A stretch of 60,324 bases of DNA, counting the filler. It is 6 parts of 6 records of this genome, joined end to end, with 100 filler letters (N's around TTAATTAATTAA, not from the genome) between each part and the next. Parts side by side here need not be neighbours in the genome. Positions count along the whole stretch, not along the records: positions 9,628 to 24,087 come from SRR2962707_2051; positions 24,188 to 35,671 come from SRR2962707_2056; 4 more parts are not named here. One strand, 5' to 3'. This document shows positions 22,601-32,095 of this stretch, one piece after another (positions within the stretch are counted from its first letter, which is position 1; each line of letters begins with the position of its first letter). Below the pieces are notes generated by a model. That model saw only the letters and a program-made list of their open reading frames with translations. It did not search any database and had not been told where the DNA came from. The position numbers were made by a program, and so were the translations under genes.

Positions 22601-23985
22601 GCGTTGAACTGTACAAACGGTGGCCGTATGAAGATATCAGTACGGCCCAATTCACTCGTAGTTGCTCGCGCCCCTGCATTGCACAATCGGCTTTCATCCT
22701 TGGCAGCTGGTGCTCGAATGCTGAAATATATGTTTCCGGGCAGCTCCCCTCCAACACCTGAGCGCTGGGCACGAAGGCAACCGGGTTCGACGCCAACCCA
22801 CCCAGAAGCGGCACCAAACTTTTTCGAACCAGAGGAGCAAGTTCTGTTGCAGTGTTTCCGGCTGTGGAAACTGTGGATCTGCGGGTCCTGGCGGATTGGT
22901 TACACTACTCAGGGCATGGAGCTGGAATTTGCAGGAGTTCCAAGCACTGTCAGCGGAGCCCTTCAGGTCCTGTGTGACAATTATTTTGGCAAGGGTACTA
23001 TTTCCACTCGCGATGCACTCGCTAGTTTGGACGCTGGCTGTTCCCTCGAAGTGTCGGTGACCCACAAAGACGCGCGTGGTCGAGATGTAGTCAAGCAGTT
23101 TGCCGTTCTTGGCGAGTACTTTAATGGGTCACTTGAAGCGGCGGTTTCTGCTTCCGCGTCGCTGGCCTGGCGTGAAGCGCACGGGCGTCTTGTTCTGCAA
23201 GAAGATGGCACTGGCCACATCTCTCTCTGGAGCCGGTCCCAGCTGGCACAATGTCAAGTAGCTCGAAGCGCCGCCGGGTCGTCATCCCGGCACCCGCTTC
23301 TTTCCTCTGCTGTGTGCAAGAGGTTGCTGGCGGCAATAAAAACTGTTGATGATTTTCGAGCTGTGGTGTTCCATCCTGTATTTTCAGATCAGACAGGTGC
23401 TGGCATTGATCGTGACATTTGTAGTTTGGCAAAGGCGCTGAGTTACGATCAGCTTGGAACTGCATTCGGAGTGTCACCAGCTAAAATGCTCAGCACTCTT
23501 GCTGGTCACGATGGCGGCAGCAAAGTTTTGAAGACAAGACGCGCTACCGCGGGCTCTAAGGCAGGGGTAGCTGCTGCCGTGGACGAAGCAGGCAAGACAG
23601 GTGTCGTTGCGGACGTGGTTTTTAATGCTCTTCAAGCGGACGACAAAGTTCCGGAAATTGCTGCCCATGCAGGATTGTCAATGCGTTATGTGCTGCTTTT
23701 GAGACTAAATCAACTACTGAGGCACAATGTGTCGTTTTTGAATCTTGGGCGTCCTTCTGTGACCGGTGTGGTGGACTTGATTCTCCGCAACAAGGCTCGG
23801 GTTTTTACGCAGACCAAAGTTGACTTTTTGAAGGACCTTCTGGTTCGAACAGAGGTGCCAACACGACTGCACGAGGAGAATATGATGGACGATTATGCTC
23901 AGCCGCGCACCATACCCACCATCTGTGTCGACCGACAACGTGCTTCCGCGCTAACACCCATGTCGAAGCCTGACGCGATTCGGCG
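13687..23985 (+). CDS. Exon 4 (10.3 kb) of giant eukaryotic gene: ZZ-like zinc fingers, Cys-rich motif, UIM, SPRY, pre-HECT region
   Basis: Uninterrupted frame with CDLC...CRECDYDACPKC, IAAALRASLES (UIM) and YWEVEV...TIGMLLDMVNGELSFFANG (SPRY). Ends at the GTGCGT donor at 23986. Confidence 0.8.
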
Positions 23986-24087
23986 GTGCGTGTGCTGCCT
24001 GCAACGCTCGGCTGAGCATGACCATGTTTCAGAAGTTTGCTCTGCGAGTGGCTCTAATGTGTGTGTGTGTGTGTGTGTGTGTGCTCG
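23986..24087 (+). other. Probable intron 4, truncated by contig end
   Basis: G|GTGCGT donor followed by sequence running into a (TG)n microsatellite. Confidence 0.65.
24058..24083 (+). repeat. (TG)13 microsatellite
   Basis: Seen directly; likely cause of the assembly break. Confidence 0.95.
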
Positions 24088-24187
24088 NNNNNNNNNNNNN
24101 NNNNNNNNNNNNNNNNNNNNNNNNNNNNNNNTTAATTAATTAANNNNNNNNNNNNNNNNNNNNNNNNNNNNNNNNNNNNNNNNNNNN
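24088..24187. other. Artificial contig spacer
   Basis: 44 N + TTAATTAATTAA + 44 N. Confidence 0.98.
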
Positions 24188-24255
24188 GTAAACTTCAGAA
24201 ATTTGCGACAGAACCGGCCAATGTGTGCAGCAAAGCCCATACAGGATTGTAGTCT

Positions 24256-24984
24256 TTAGCTCTCGTCATTACGGAACAGCGCAACAGCTTGGAAACGCGC
24301 CTCTTCAAGATGTGCTTTTAATTCAAGGCGAAGCCGGGCCACATCTTTTTGACGCAGGGCGTCGATCAAAACATCATGAGATTGCGCGATCTCCCTTGGA
24401 TCATCGTAGGCCCGCCCAAGCAAAGCAATTCCAGCGCGAAGCTGGGTTGCTATTTGATCAAATAGGCGCACGATCCGCAGATTGCCCCCAACGACACACA
24501 ACATTCTGTGAAATTCGTAATCCTGAGCAACCTGCTCCTGCATTTTACCATCAAGGGCCAATTGCTTCAGCAACTCTACCTGCTCGGCAAGGCTGTCTAC
24601 ATCGGCGTCTGTAATTCGCGCCACCGCTGCCTCAGCTGCATGAAGCTCCAAACACTCTCGTAGATCGAATATGTCGTCCAATTCTTCAACGTCATAGGAG
24701 TGCACAAAAAATCCTCGGCGTGGATGCGAAACGATCAACCCCTGGCTTTCAAGCAACCGCAATGCCTCACGTACCGGCGCACGTGACGTCCCCATTTCAC
24801 GCGCAAGCCGTGCCTCTGCTACCTTCTGGCCAGGAATGAGCCGACTATCACCTATGGCTTGCAAAACCTGATTGGCAATTCGGCTTGCCAAATCTGCCGA
24901 GGGTAATTCTGAGAATAGCGCGACATCAGGTTGGGAAGATTTAATCGAGTCTGACACTTTAGTTTTCTTTCCAACATTACCCAA
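24256..24984 (-). CDS. GntR family regulator (FCD/FadR type); alternative GTG start at 24957
   Basis: wHTH motif EARLAREMGTSRAPVREAL..LE..GL; FCD motifs D.EFH and SH..LIDAL. Confidence 0.92.
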   Translation of the reverse strand: MGNVGKKTKVSDSIKSSQPDVALFSELPSADLASRIANQVLQAIGDSRLIPGQKVAEARLAREMGTSRAPVREALRLLESQGLIVSHPRRGFFVHSYDVEELDDIFDLRECLELHAAEAAVARITDADVDSLAEQVELLKQLALDGKMQEQVAQDYEFHRMLCVVGGNLRIVRLFDQIATQLRAGIALLGRAYDDPREIAQSHDVLIDALRQKDVARLRLELKAHLEEARFQAVALFRNDES

Positions 24985-25070
24985 GTCGATCGTCGCACCG
25001 CTGACACGACGCTACATTTTTCAGCAACATTCGTCCATGGCATCTTTGTTAATGAAAAGTCGATATATTT

Positions 25071-25082
25071 ATTGTCGACAAT
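25071..25082. promoter_or_regulatory. Putative GntR operator, palindrome ATTGTCGACAAT
   Basis: Perfect 12-bp palindrome in the divergent intergenic region, with a second TGTCGAC core at about 25088-25094. Confidence 0.7.
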
Positions 25083-25158
25083 CTGCATGTCGACTGCAAG
25101 ATTTTGGTTACCCCGCCTCGATTCGAGGTCGGACCTGTCAAGTTTAGTGGAGACAATT

Positions 25159-25929
25159 ATGAGCCTGCAGAAGTCCGTTCACTCCAGCCTGCCAATTGAA
25201 AAGATAGAGCTGGCGGCAACTTACCGACTGCTTGCCGAATTCGGGATGGACGACAGCATCTTTACCCATATCTCTGCCAAAGCTCCCGTTTCAGAGGGAG
25301 CGCACGCGTTCCTGATCAACCCCTACGGGCTGCGTTTTGATGAAGTTACCGCTGGTAACCTTGTGACCATTGATCTGGATGGCAAAATACTGAACGACCC
25401 AAAAGGTTTTGGCATCAACAAGGCGGGATTTACGATCCATTCTGCTGTCCATGCCGCACGGCCGGAAATTGCATGCGTCATGCATACACACACTGTCGCG
25501 GGTGTTGCCATTGCATCATTAAAAGACGGATTATTGCCATTAAACCAATGGTCCGCGCCATTTTTCAACCGGATTGCGTACCATGACTATGAGGGCATCG
25601 CACTAAACCACGATGAGCGCGACCGCATCGTAAACGATCTGGGAAACAAGCGCGCCATGATACTGCGCAACCATGGTCTTTTGACCTGTGGCCGCTCTGT
25701 CGGCGAAGCATTTCGCACAATGATGGACCTTGAGCGTGCGTGCAGTGCGCAAGTCGCAATCATGGGGACTGGCGGGCAGATGAATATTTTGTCCGATGAA
25801 TTGGCCGAATATACAGCGCAACAAGAAGAAGGTTGGATCGAAAGCCATCAGGCGTCCGGCAAACCAGACACTGAGTGGAAGGCCTACCTTCGCCATTGCA
25901 AAGCACGTCACCCGGAATTTGATCAGTGA
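25159..25929 (+). CDS. Class II aldolase/adducin family protein
   Basis: FTHIS, INPYGL.F.EVTA, GFTIHSAVH, HTHT, LRNHGLLT. GGAG RBS before ATG 25159. Confidence 0.9.
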   Translation: MSLQKSVHSSLPIEKIELAATYRLLAEFGMDDSIFTHISAKAPVSEGAHAFLINPYGLRFDEVTAGNLVTIDLDGKILNDPKGFGINKAGFTIHSAVHAARPEIACVMHTHTVAGVAIASLKDGLLPLNQWSAPFFNRIAYHDYEGIALNHDERDRIVNDLGNKRAMILRNHGLLTCGRSVGEAFRTMMDLERACSAQVAIMGTGGQMNILSDELAEYTAQQEEGWIESHQASGKPDTEWKAYLRHCKARHPEFDQ

Positions 25930-26882
25930 CAGATATGACGTTGCCCCCCCAGTTTACAGTTGTCGCATTGTCCGAGACATTCGATTTGGCCGCTATGATG
26001 GCCGACGCCAATGACCCAAGGGTCCGGCTCTTGCGACCCGACGAAGTAGAAGACCCGTCACTGGTGACCTGCGCTTTGGCTTGGCGGCCCGCAGATGACG
26101 CGTTCACACCCTATCCAAATATGCGCATGGTCTCTTCCATAGCTGCTGGTGTGGACTCAATTATCGCCTGCCCTTCCCTAGGCGATGACATCGTCGTGAC
26201 CCGGATTAGGGACGAAGAACAAGCCCGAATGATGGCTAGTTTTGCGGCTTGGCATGTTGTTCATCACCACCGACAGATGGGAACATACATCGACAATCAG
26301 GCAACCCAAACGTGGGACCGTACTTTCCGGTCAGTTGTGGCGTCCGATGTGACTGTCGGAGTGCTTGGTTTTGGCCTTATGGGTCGTCATACGGCGCGTG
26401 TCTTGACCGCGATGGGATACACCGTGATTGGCGCAAGCCGGTCGGGTGGCACGCCCGAACCCGGCGTCGAGCTTTTGTCAGGGGATGGGGCCATTGCTGA
26501 AACAGCGGCACGGTCGAACATTTTGATTAACTTGCTTCCTTTGACCGCCCAGACACAGAACACTTTGAACGCCAGCTTATTCGATACCATGCCCAAGGGG
26601 GCAGTCCTTATCCAATTGGGCCGCGGAGAGCATTTGGTCGAAGACGACCTTCTTGCGGCGCTCGATTCAGCGCACTTGTCTGCGGCATCCCTTGATGTGT
26701 TTCGGGATGAGCCGCTGCCGGAACAAAGCCGGTTCTGGCGCCATCCCAAAGTATTGGTCACCCCGCATAAGGCATCAGACACGACCCGAGCAGAAATACT
26801 ACGGCAGTTGGCTGATAACTTTGAGGCTGTTGTTCAAGGTTCCCCGCCACCGGGCGCGGTCAACCGCGACGCTGGATATTAA
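25926..26882 (+). CDS. D-2-hydroxyacid dehydrogenase (GhrA-like glyoxylate/hydroxypyruvate reductase)
   Basis: AGVD, GVLGFGLMG, LLPLT, GRG, LDVF..EPLP, TPH. Confidence 0.88.
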   Translation: MTDMTLPPQFTVVALSETFDLAAMMADANDPRVRLLRPDEVEDPSLVTCALAWRPADDAFTPYPNMRMVSSIAAGVDSIIACPSLGDDIVVTRIRDEEQARMMASFAAWHVVHHHRQMGTYIDNQATQTWDRTFRSVVASDVTVGVLGFGLMGRHTARVLTAMGYTVIGASRSGGTPEPGVELLSGDGAIAETAARSNILINLLPLTAQTQNTLNASLFDTMPKGAVLIQLGRGEHLVEDDLLAALDSAHLSAASLDVFRDEPLPEQSRFWRHPKVLVTPHKASDTTRAEILRQLADNFEAVVQGSPPPGAVNRDAGY

Positions 26883-26909
26883 TACCTTTAGGTAGAGAAA
26901 GGCACTTAT

Positions 26910-28538
26910 ATGACCATTCCGTCTCGTATCCTTACCAATGGAAAAATCTGGTGTGGATTGAACGAAGGCTTCGCCGAAGCGATTGCCATTTCTGACGATA
27001 AGGTTCTGGCGGTTGGGTCCACCGCCGAGATCGCCGAAATGGCAAGGCCGGAAACCGACGTGTTCGATCTTGAGGGCCAGCTTGCAACTCCGGGCTTGAA
27101 CGATGCTCACCTGCATCTCCACATGTACGGTATCAGCAAACTCAACTTGGACCTTCGCGAAGCGGCGGGCATGACCACTGTTCAAGCGATCCTTGATCAG
27201 GTGGCCGAGGCTGTAGCCAAGGCCGAACCCGGCACATGGATTACCGGACGCGGCTATGACCATGACAAGCTTGCCGAACTGCGCCACCCGCATCGCCGCG
27301 AACTCGATGCGGTAGCGCCAAACAATCCGGTAATGCTGACACGCGCCTGTGGTCACACAGCAGTTTGCAACAGCATGGCGCTACAACTCGGCGAGATCGG
27401 TCACAACTCTCCCGATCCATACGGTGGTAAAATTGGTCGTTCCGAAGGTGAACTGAACGGTCTGCTTTTTGAAACGGCCCGCGCGCCCGTCCAAAAGGCG
27501 CAACCCGAGCCGACGACTGAGGATTTCGTTGATGCGATTGAGCGCGCGGGCACCGAGCTTTTGTCGCTTGGCGTCACCTCGGTTATGGAAGCAGGGATCG
27601 GCATGGGACCCGGCATATCCGAGTTGCGGGCATATCAGGTTGCAAACCGTGAAGGACGTCTGCCCGTGCGCGTTGCTGGTACATTGATGGGTGATCTGGA
27701 GAAGAACATTCTCGATACTGCTTCTGCCGAAGGGCTGGTCACCGGCGCAGGCGATGACATGTTCCGCATTGGGCCTGTAAAGATATTCACTGACGGATCA
27801 GCCGGCGCCGGGACCGCGTGGATGTCCGTCCCCTATTACAACGATAAAACAAACTATGGCGTCCCCTGCCTGTCACAAGAACAAACTGACGAACTGGTCC
27901 TGAAAGCGCACAGGCTTGGATACCAGATGGCTCCGCACGCGATTGGCGATGCCGCCATCGAAATGGTTTTGAACGCCTATGAGAAGGCATACGCAGATAC
28001 ACCGGCATCCGATCGTCGCCACCGGATCGAACACTGCGGCTGGCACCGTCCCGATCAGCTTGAGCGGATGAAATCCATGGCCGTGATCCCTGCCGGGCAG
28101 CCCTCTTTCCTCTATTTCTTTGGGGAAGGTTATTTTATGGCCCTTGGCCCGGACAGGCCGCATGACTGCTACCCCTACAAGACCTGGCTTGACAGTGGGT
28201 TGCACCCCTCGGCCTCAACAGATTGTCCGGTGACCGACCCCAATCCCTTTGCCAACATCTATGCAATGGTAACACGCAAATCCGATGCAGGGACAGTATT
28301 GGGCGATGGTCAACAACTATCGATAGCCGAAGCGCTGCACCTCTATACTTACGAAGCCGCATATGGCGTACACGATGAAGAACGCAAAGGCCGGCTCATC
28401 CCCGGGCAACTGGCTGATGTGTCCGTCTTCGATACCGACTTCTTTACAGTCGACCCAGAGAAGATCCTCGATGGAAAATGCGTTCTGACAATCCGCGGGG
28501 GCGAAACAGTCTTTGAACGGGGCGCGGACCAGACATGA
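26910..28538 (+). CDS. Amidohydrolase family 3 (YtcJ-like)
   Basis: PGLNDAHLH, KIFTDGS, HAIGD, RHRIEH, STDCPV, G.L.PG.LAD. Confidence 0.9.
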   Translation: MTIPSRILTNGKIWCGLNEGFAEAIAISDDKVLAVGSTAEIAEMARPETDVFDLEGQLATPGLNDAHLHLHMYGISKLNLDLREAAGMTTVQAILDQVAEAVAKAEPGTWITGRGYDHDKLAELRHPHRRELDAVAPNNPVMLTRACGHTAVCNSMALQLGEIGHNSPDPYGGKIGRSEGELNGLLFETARAPVQKAQPEPTTEDFVDAIERAGTELLSLGVTSVMEAGIGMGPGISELRAYQVANREGRLPVRVAGTLMGDLEKNILDTASAEGLVTGAGDDMFRIGPVKIFTDGSAGAGTAWMSVPYYNDKTNYGVPCLSQEQTDELVLKAHRLGYQMAPHAIGDAAIEMVLNAYEKAYADTPASDRRHRIEHCGWHRPDQLERMKSMAVIPAGQPSFLYFFGEGYFMALGPDRPHDCYPYKTWLDSGLHPSASTDCPVTDPNPFANIYAMVTRKSDAGTVLGDGQQLSIAEALHLYTYEAAYGVHDEERKGRLIPGQLADVSVFDTDFFTVDPEKILDGKCVLTIRGGETVFERGADQT

Positions 28539-29473
28539 TCAGCGCTGTCCTCCATCGCTTGGTCCTATCGGTTCCGGTCCTTCTGGGGGTTTTGCTGTTC
28601 GGCTTCCTGCTCGTACAGATTGTGCCCGGTGATCCTGCGATGGTGGTGGCAGGTCCAACCGCCACCGCCGAGGTTGTGGCGGAAATCCGCGAAGAAATGG
28701 GTCTCGACCGACCAGTATTGGTTCAATTCGGGAGCTACCTACAGCGTATGGCAGTCGGTGATCTGGGGCGGTCTATGATCTCGAACAAGTCGGTCACATC
28801 CGAACTGGGTGCCACGATCTGGCCAACGCTGGAACTGATGATCGGCGCAATGATCTGGTCGGTGCCTGTGGGTGTTGCAATGGGGACCCTCGCAGCCGTT
28901 GTGCGCGGCTCAGCTATTGACCGCGGTATAATGGCATTGTCCGTAGCAGGCGTGTCTTTGCCAATTTTCTTCATCTCACTGATGGCAATTCAGCTTTTGG
29001 GCGTGAAATGGCAGATTTTTCCATTCATTGGCCGGCCTGGCCCCTGGTACACAGCCGAAGGATTTATGGCGTTGTTTTTGCCTGCTCTTTCGCTTGGACT
29101 AATCCTGATAGGACCGGTGGCCCGCATGACCCGATCCTCCGTTCTGGAAGTTCTGAAACTTGACCACGTTCGCACTGCGCGCGCCAAGGGGTTATCGGAA
29201 ACAAGAGTGATCTTGGCCCACGGCCTGCGCAACGCGCTCATTCCGGTGGTGACGCTGATTGGTCTGCAAGTCGGCTATCTATTGGGCGGCGCGGTCGTGA
29301 CCGAGACTATCTTCAGTTGGCCCGGCCTCGGACGGCTGGCCGTCGGTGCGATCATGTCGTCTGACTTTACGGTTGCTCAGGGCACAATCATGATTTTCGC
29401 ACTTGGGTTCATCACCGTAAACCTGATCGTCGACATTCTGTATTCGCTGCTAGACCCGAGGGTGAGAAAATGA
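28535..29473 (+). CDS. Dpp/Opp-type ABC transporter permease (DppB-like)
   Basis: PGDPA, GDLGRS, RTARAKGL, ETIFSWPGLG. Confidence 0.93.
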   Translation: MISAVLHRLVLSVPVLLGVLLFGFLLVQIVPGDPAMVVAGPTATAEVVAEIREEMGLDRPVLVQFGSYLQRMAVGDLGRSMISNKSVTSELGATIWPTLELMIGAMIWSVPVGVAMGTLAAVVRGSAIDRGIMALSVAGVSLPIFFISLMAIQLLGVKWQIFPFIGRPGPWYTAEGFMALFLPALSLGLILIGPVARMTRSSVLEVLKLDHVRTARAKGLSETRVILAHGLRNALIPVVTLIGLQVGYLLGGAVVTETIFSWPGLGRLAVGAIMSSDFTVAQGTIMIFALGFITVNLIVDILYSLLDPRVRK

Positions 29474-30402
29474 CCGTGACATCCACGAATATTACCTCTG
29501 CTGCTCAAGTCTCCAACGGCATGAATGATGACATTTCTCAGGAAACTACAGCGCCGGTGCGTGCCCACTGGCTGCGCCGATTGGTACGTGATCGCGCAGC
29601 GTTTATGGCACTACTCACACTGACGATAATAATCTTTGGTGCAATATTTGCACCTATGCTGGCCACGCATGATCCTGCATCCAATTCTAGATCTGTGATG
29701 ACACCTCCGGCATGGATGGCAATGGGAAATGCAGAACACTGGCTCGGCACCGACGGTCAAGGACGCGACATCTATTCCCGTTTGCTATACGGGACGCGGC
29801 TCACGCTACTGATCGGATTTTTGGCAGTAGGGCTGGGTGGCTTTTTTGGCTCTCTTCTTGGCTTATTGTCCGCGTTCAACGAAAAAATTGATCCGTGGAT
29901 AATGCGCAGCATGGATGTTTTACTGTCCTTTCCTGCGATCCTTCTAGCGTTGGCTTTGGTTGCCGTGATGGGCCAAGGCATCGTGCCAATTGTGATAGCT
30001 TTGGGAATTTCATCTATCCCCGATTGCGCGAGGGTTGCACGGGGCATCGCGGTTGGTGTCATGAAGCAGGAGTTTATTGAAGCGGGCCGCGCTGTTGGCC
30101 TGTCCAACCTACAGCTTTTCAACCGCTATCTTGTGCGAAACGCAATTTCGTCAATCATGATCTTTATCTCGCTCCGCTTTGGTCAAACGATCCTCATCGG
30201 CGCGACCCTCTCCTTTCTCGGGCTGGGGGCCAGACCACCCGCGTCTGAACTTGGTATGATGGCATCACAAGGACGCGATTTTTTACTTTTTGCACCTCAT
30301 ATCGCAGTGATCCCGTCAGTTCTAATCTTCATCATCGTTCTGTCAGCAAATGTCGCAGGAGATGCGCTGCGTGATGTGTTGGACCCCCGACTTCAGGCTT
30401 AA
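29470..30402 (+). CDS. Dpp/Opp-type ABC transporter permease (DppC-like)
   Basis: HWLGTDGQGRDIYSRLLYG, EFIEAGRAVG, GDALRDVLDPR. Confidence 0.93.
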   Translation: MTVTSTNITSAAQVSNGMNDDISQETTAPVRAHWLRRLVRDRAAFMALLTLTIIIFGAIFAPMLATHDPASNSRSVMTPPAWMAMGNAEHWLGTDGQGRDIYSRLLYGTRLTLLIGFLAVGLGGFFGSLLGLLSAFNEKIDPWIMRSMDVLLSFPAILLALALVAVMGQGIVPIVIALGISSIPDCARVARGIAVGVMKQEFIEAGRAVGLSNLQLFNRYLVRNAISSIMIFISLRFGQTILIGATLSFLGLGARPPASELGMMASQGRDFLLFAPHIAVIPSVLIFIIVLSANVAGDALRDVLDPRLQA

Positions 30403-30452
30403 CAACAATCTACCAGAAATCCACCAACCCCAAACGAAGGAGTATTTCTAAG

Positions 30453-32036
30453 ATGACACTGACCCCAATCAAGCGCGCCGGCATTGGCATTGCTGCCGCC
30501 ATGGTACTTGCGTTGCCCGCTGCAGCGCAGGAACTGACGATTATTCGTGCACAAGACAGCAACCACTACGATCCACCGCGTACCACTGCGCAATCAGGTG
30601 CTGAAATCATCTTTATGCTGTCCGACACAATTGTCGGTCTGGCTGAGGATATGAAAACCATCGAACCTCTGCTTGCAAGCAGTTGGGATGTTTCCGATGA
30701 CGCGCTGACCTATACTTTCAAGATACGCGATGACGTCAGCTTTTGCGACGGCAAACCAATGACGGCCGAAGATGTTGCCTGGTCGCTCAACCGCTGGCAG
30801 GATCCGGAAACCAAATCCCCTGTACGGTGGCGCATGGGCGACGTAAAGTCGATCACAGCCCCAGATGCCACCACTGTGGTGTACGAATTGAACGCGCCGC
30901 ATTCGGAACTCCTTTATCAACTGGCACAAAGTTTCGGGTCGATTATCGACAAAGACACATTCGAAGCCTTGGGTAAGGATTTTGGCGTCACCGGTTTCAA
31001 TGGCACAGGCCCTTTCTGCTGGGAAAGCTGGACTCCGCGCGACAAGGTCGTGATGACGCGGCATGAGGGCTATAACTGGGGACCGGCCAACTATGAAAAT
31101 ACTGGCCCTGCGCAAGTCGAGAAAGTGACGTGGCAAATCGTTCCCGAGGCCGCGACCCGCACTGTGGCTCTGTTGACTGGCCAAGGTGATATTTCACCGT
31201 ACGTGCCCTTCATCGGATACAGCAAACTGCGTGCCGCACCGAACATCGAAGTAATCAAGTCAGATAATGCCTTTTGGACCAATTACATGGGCTTCAAGAT
31301 CACCAAAGATCTTGTGGAGGACGTGAAGGTCCGTCAAGCGATCAACCTTGCCGTCAATCAAGAGGCCATGGCAGAAGACTTGTTCTTCGGCGAAGTTGAG
31401 CCTGCCTATTCCTATGTTTCGTCCGGCGCACTCGATTACGACACCTCTCTGGATGACACCTTATTAAAGTATGACCCCGAACGTGCCGCTACGCTTTTGG
31501 ACGAAGCCGGTTGGGTTCTGAACAGCGATGGCAGGCGTGAAAAAGAGGGTAAGATTATGGAACCGCTGACCATCTCATTCACGGGTGAGTGGCAGCAGAC
31601 AGCCGAAGCTGTGCAAGCTGACCTTCTGAAGGTCGGCGTTGAACTGCAGATCGAACCTATGGACGCGACTGTATACTGGGGCAAGTCAGCTACAGACACG
31701 TTCGAGATGTACACAATGGGCTATCCCTATATTTCGTCCGGGGATGCGCTTAACCTTTATTTCCGCTCGACCAATATCCCGACACCCAACCGGATGAACT
31801 GGAATGATCCCGAAACGGACGACCTGCTGGTCGCCGGTTCTCAGGCAACCAACGACGAAGATCGCGCGGCCGCCTACTCCAAGGTGATGCAGAAGGTGCA
31901 TGACAATGCAGTCTGGCTACCGATTTACCATCGCCCAATGCAAATCGGCTATTCAACCAAGCTCGCTCCGTTTGTTGCTCATAACATCTACGGCGCTGGT
32001 CTCTACAAGGGCCTGCAACTCGCCTTCGTTGAATGA
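30453..32036 (+). CDS. ABC transporter substrate-binding protein, family 5
   Basis: Signal peptide (ALPAAA-Q); PLLASSW..S.D, TAEDV..S, GTGPF, VRQAINLAVN. Confidence 0.93.
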   Translation: MTLTPIKRAGIGIAAAMVLALPAAAQELTIIRAQDSNHYDPPRTTAQSGAEIIFMLSDTIVGLAEDMKTIEPLLASSWDVSDDALTYTFKIRDDVSFCDGKPMTAEDVAWSLNRWQDPETKSPVRWRMGDVKSITAPDATTVVYELNAPHSELLYQLAQSFGSIIDKDTFEALGKDFGVTGFNGTGPFCWESWTPRDKVVMTRHEGYNWGPANYENTGPAQVEKVTWQIVPEAATRTVALLTGQGDISPYVPFIGYSKLRAAPNIEVIKSDNAFWTNYMGFKITKDLVEDVKVRQAINLAVNQEAMAEDLFFGEVEPAYSYVSSGALDYDTSLDDTLLKYDPERAATLLDEAGWVLNSDGRREKEGKIMEPLTISFTGEWQQTAEAVQADLLKVGVELQIEPMDATVYWGKSATDTFEMYTMGYPYISSGDALNLYFRSTNIPTPNRMNWNDPETDDLLVAGSQATNDEDRAAAYSKVMQKVHDNAVWLPIYHRPMQIGYSTKLAPFVAHNIYGAGLYKGLQLAFVE

Positions 32037-32042
32037 ACAAGA

Positions 32043-32069
32043 GGGCCGTCCGCACTGTTCGGGCGGCCC
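32043..32069 (+). terminator. Intercistronic stem-loop after the SBP gene
   Basis: GGGCCGTCCG/CGGGCGGCCC inverted repeat followed by AATTTT. Confidence 0.55.
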
Positions 32070-32095
32070 AATTTTCGCACAAAAGGACAGAGAAC

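Noticed and set aside
9884-24139. Four independent genes, and a 3495-aa ORF ending in VCVCVC
   Set aside because: Splice sites join them in frame; the terminal residues are read-through into an intron microsatellite and Ns.
9168-24984. Bacteria-eukaryote horizontal transfer
   Set aside because: The eukaryotic and bacterial genes are on separate contigs joined only by linkers.
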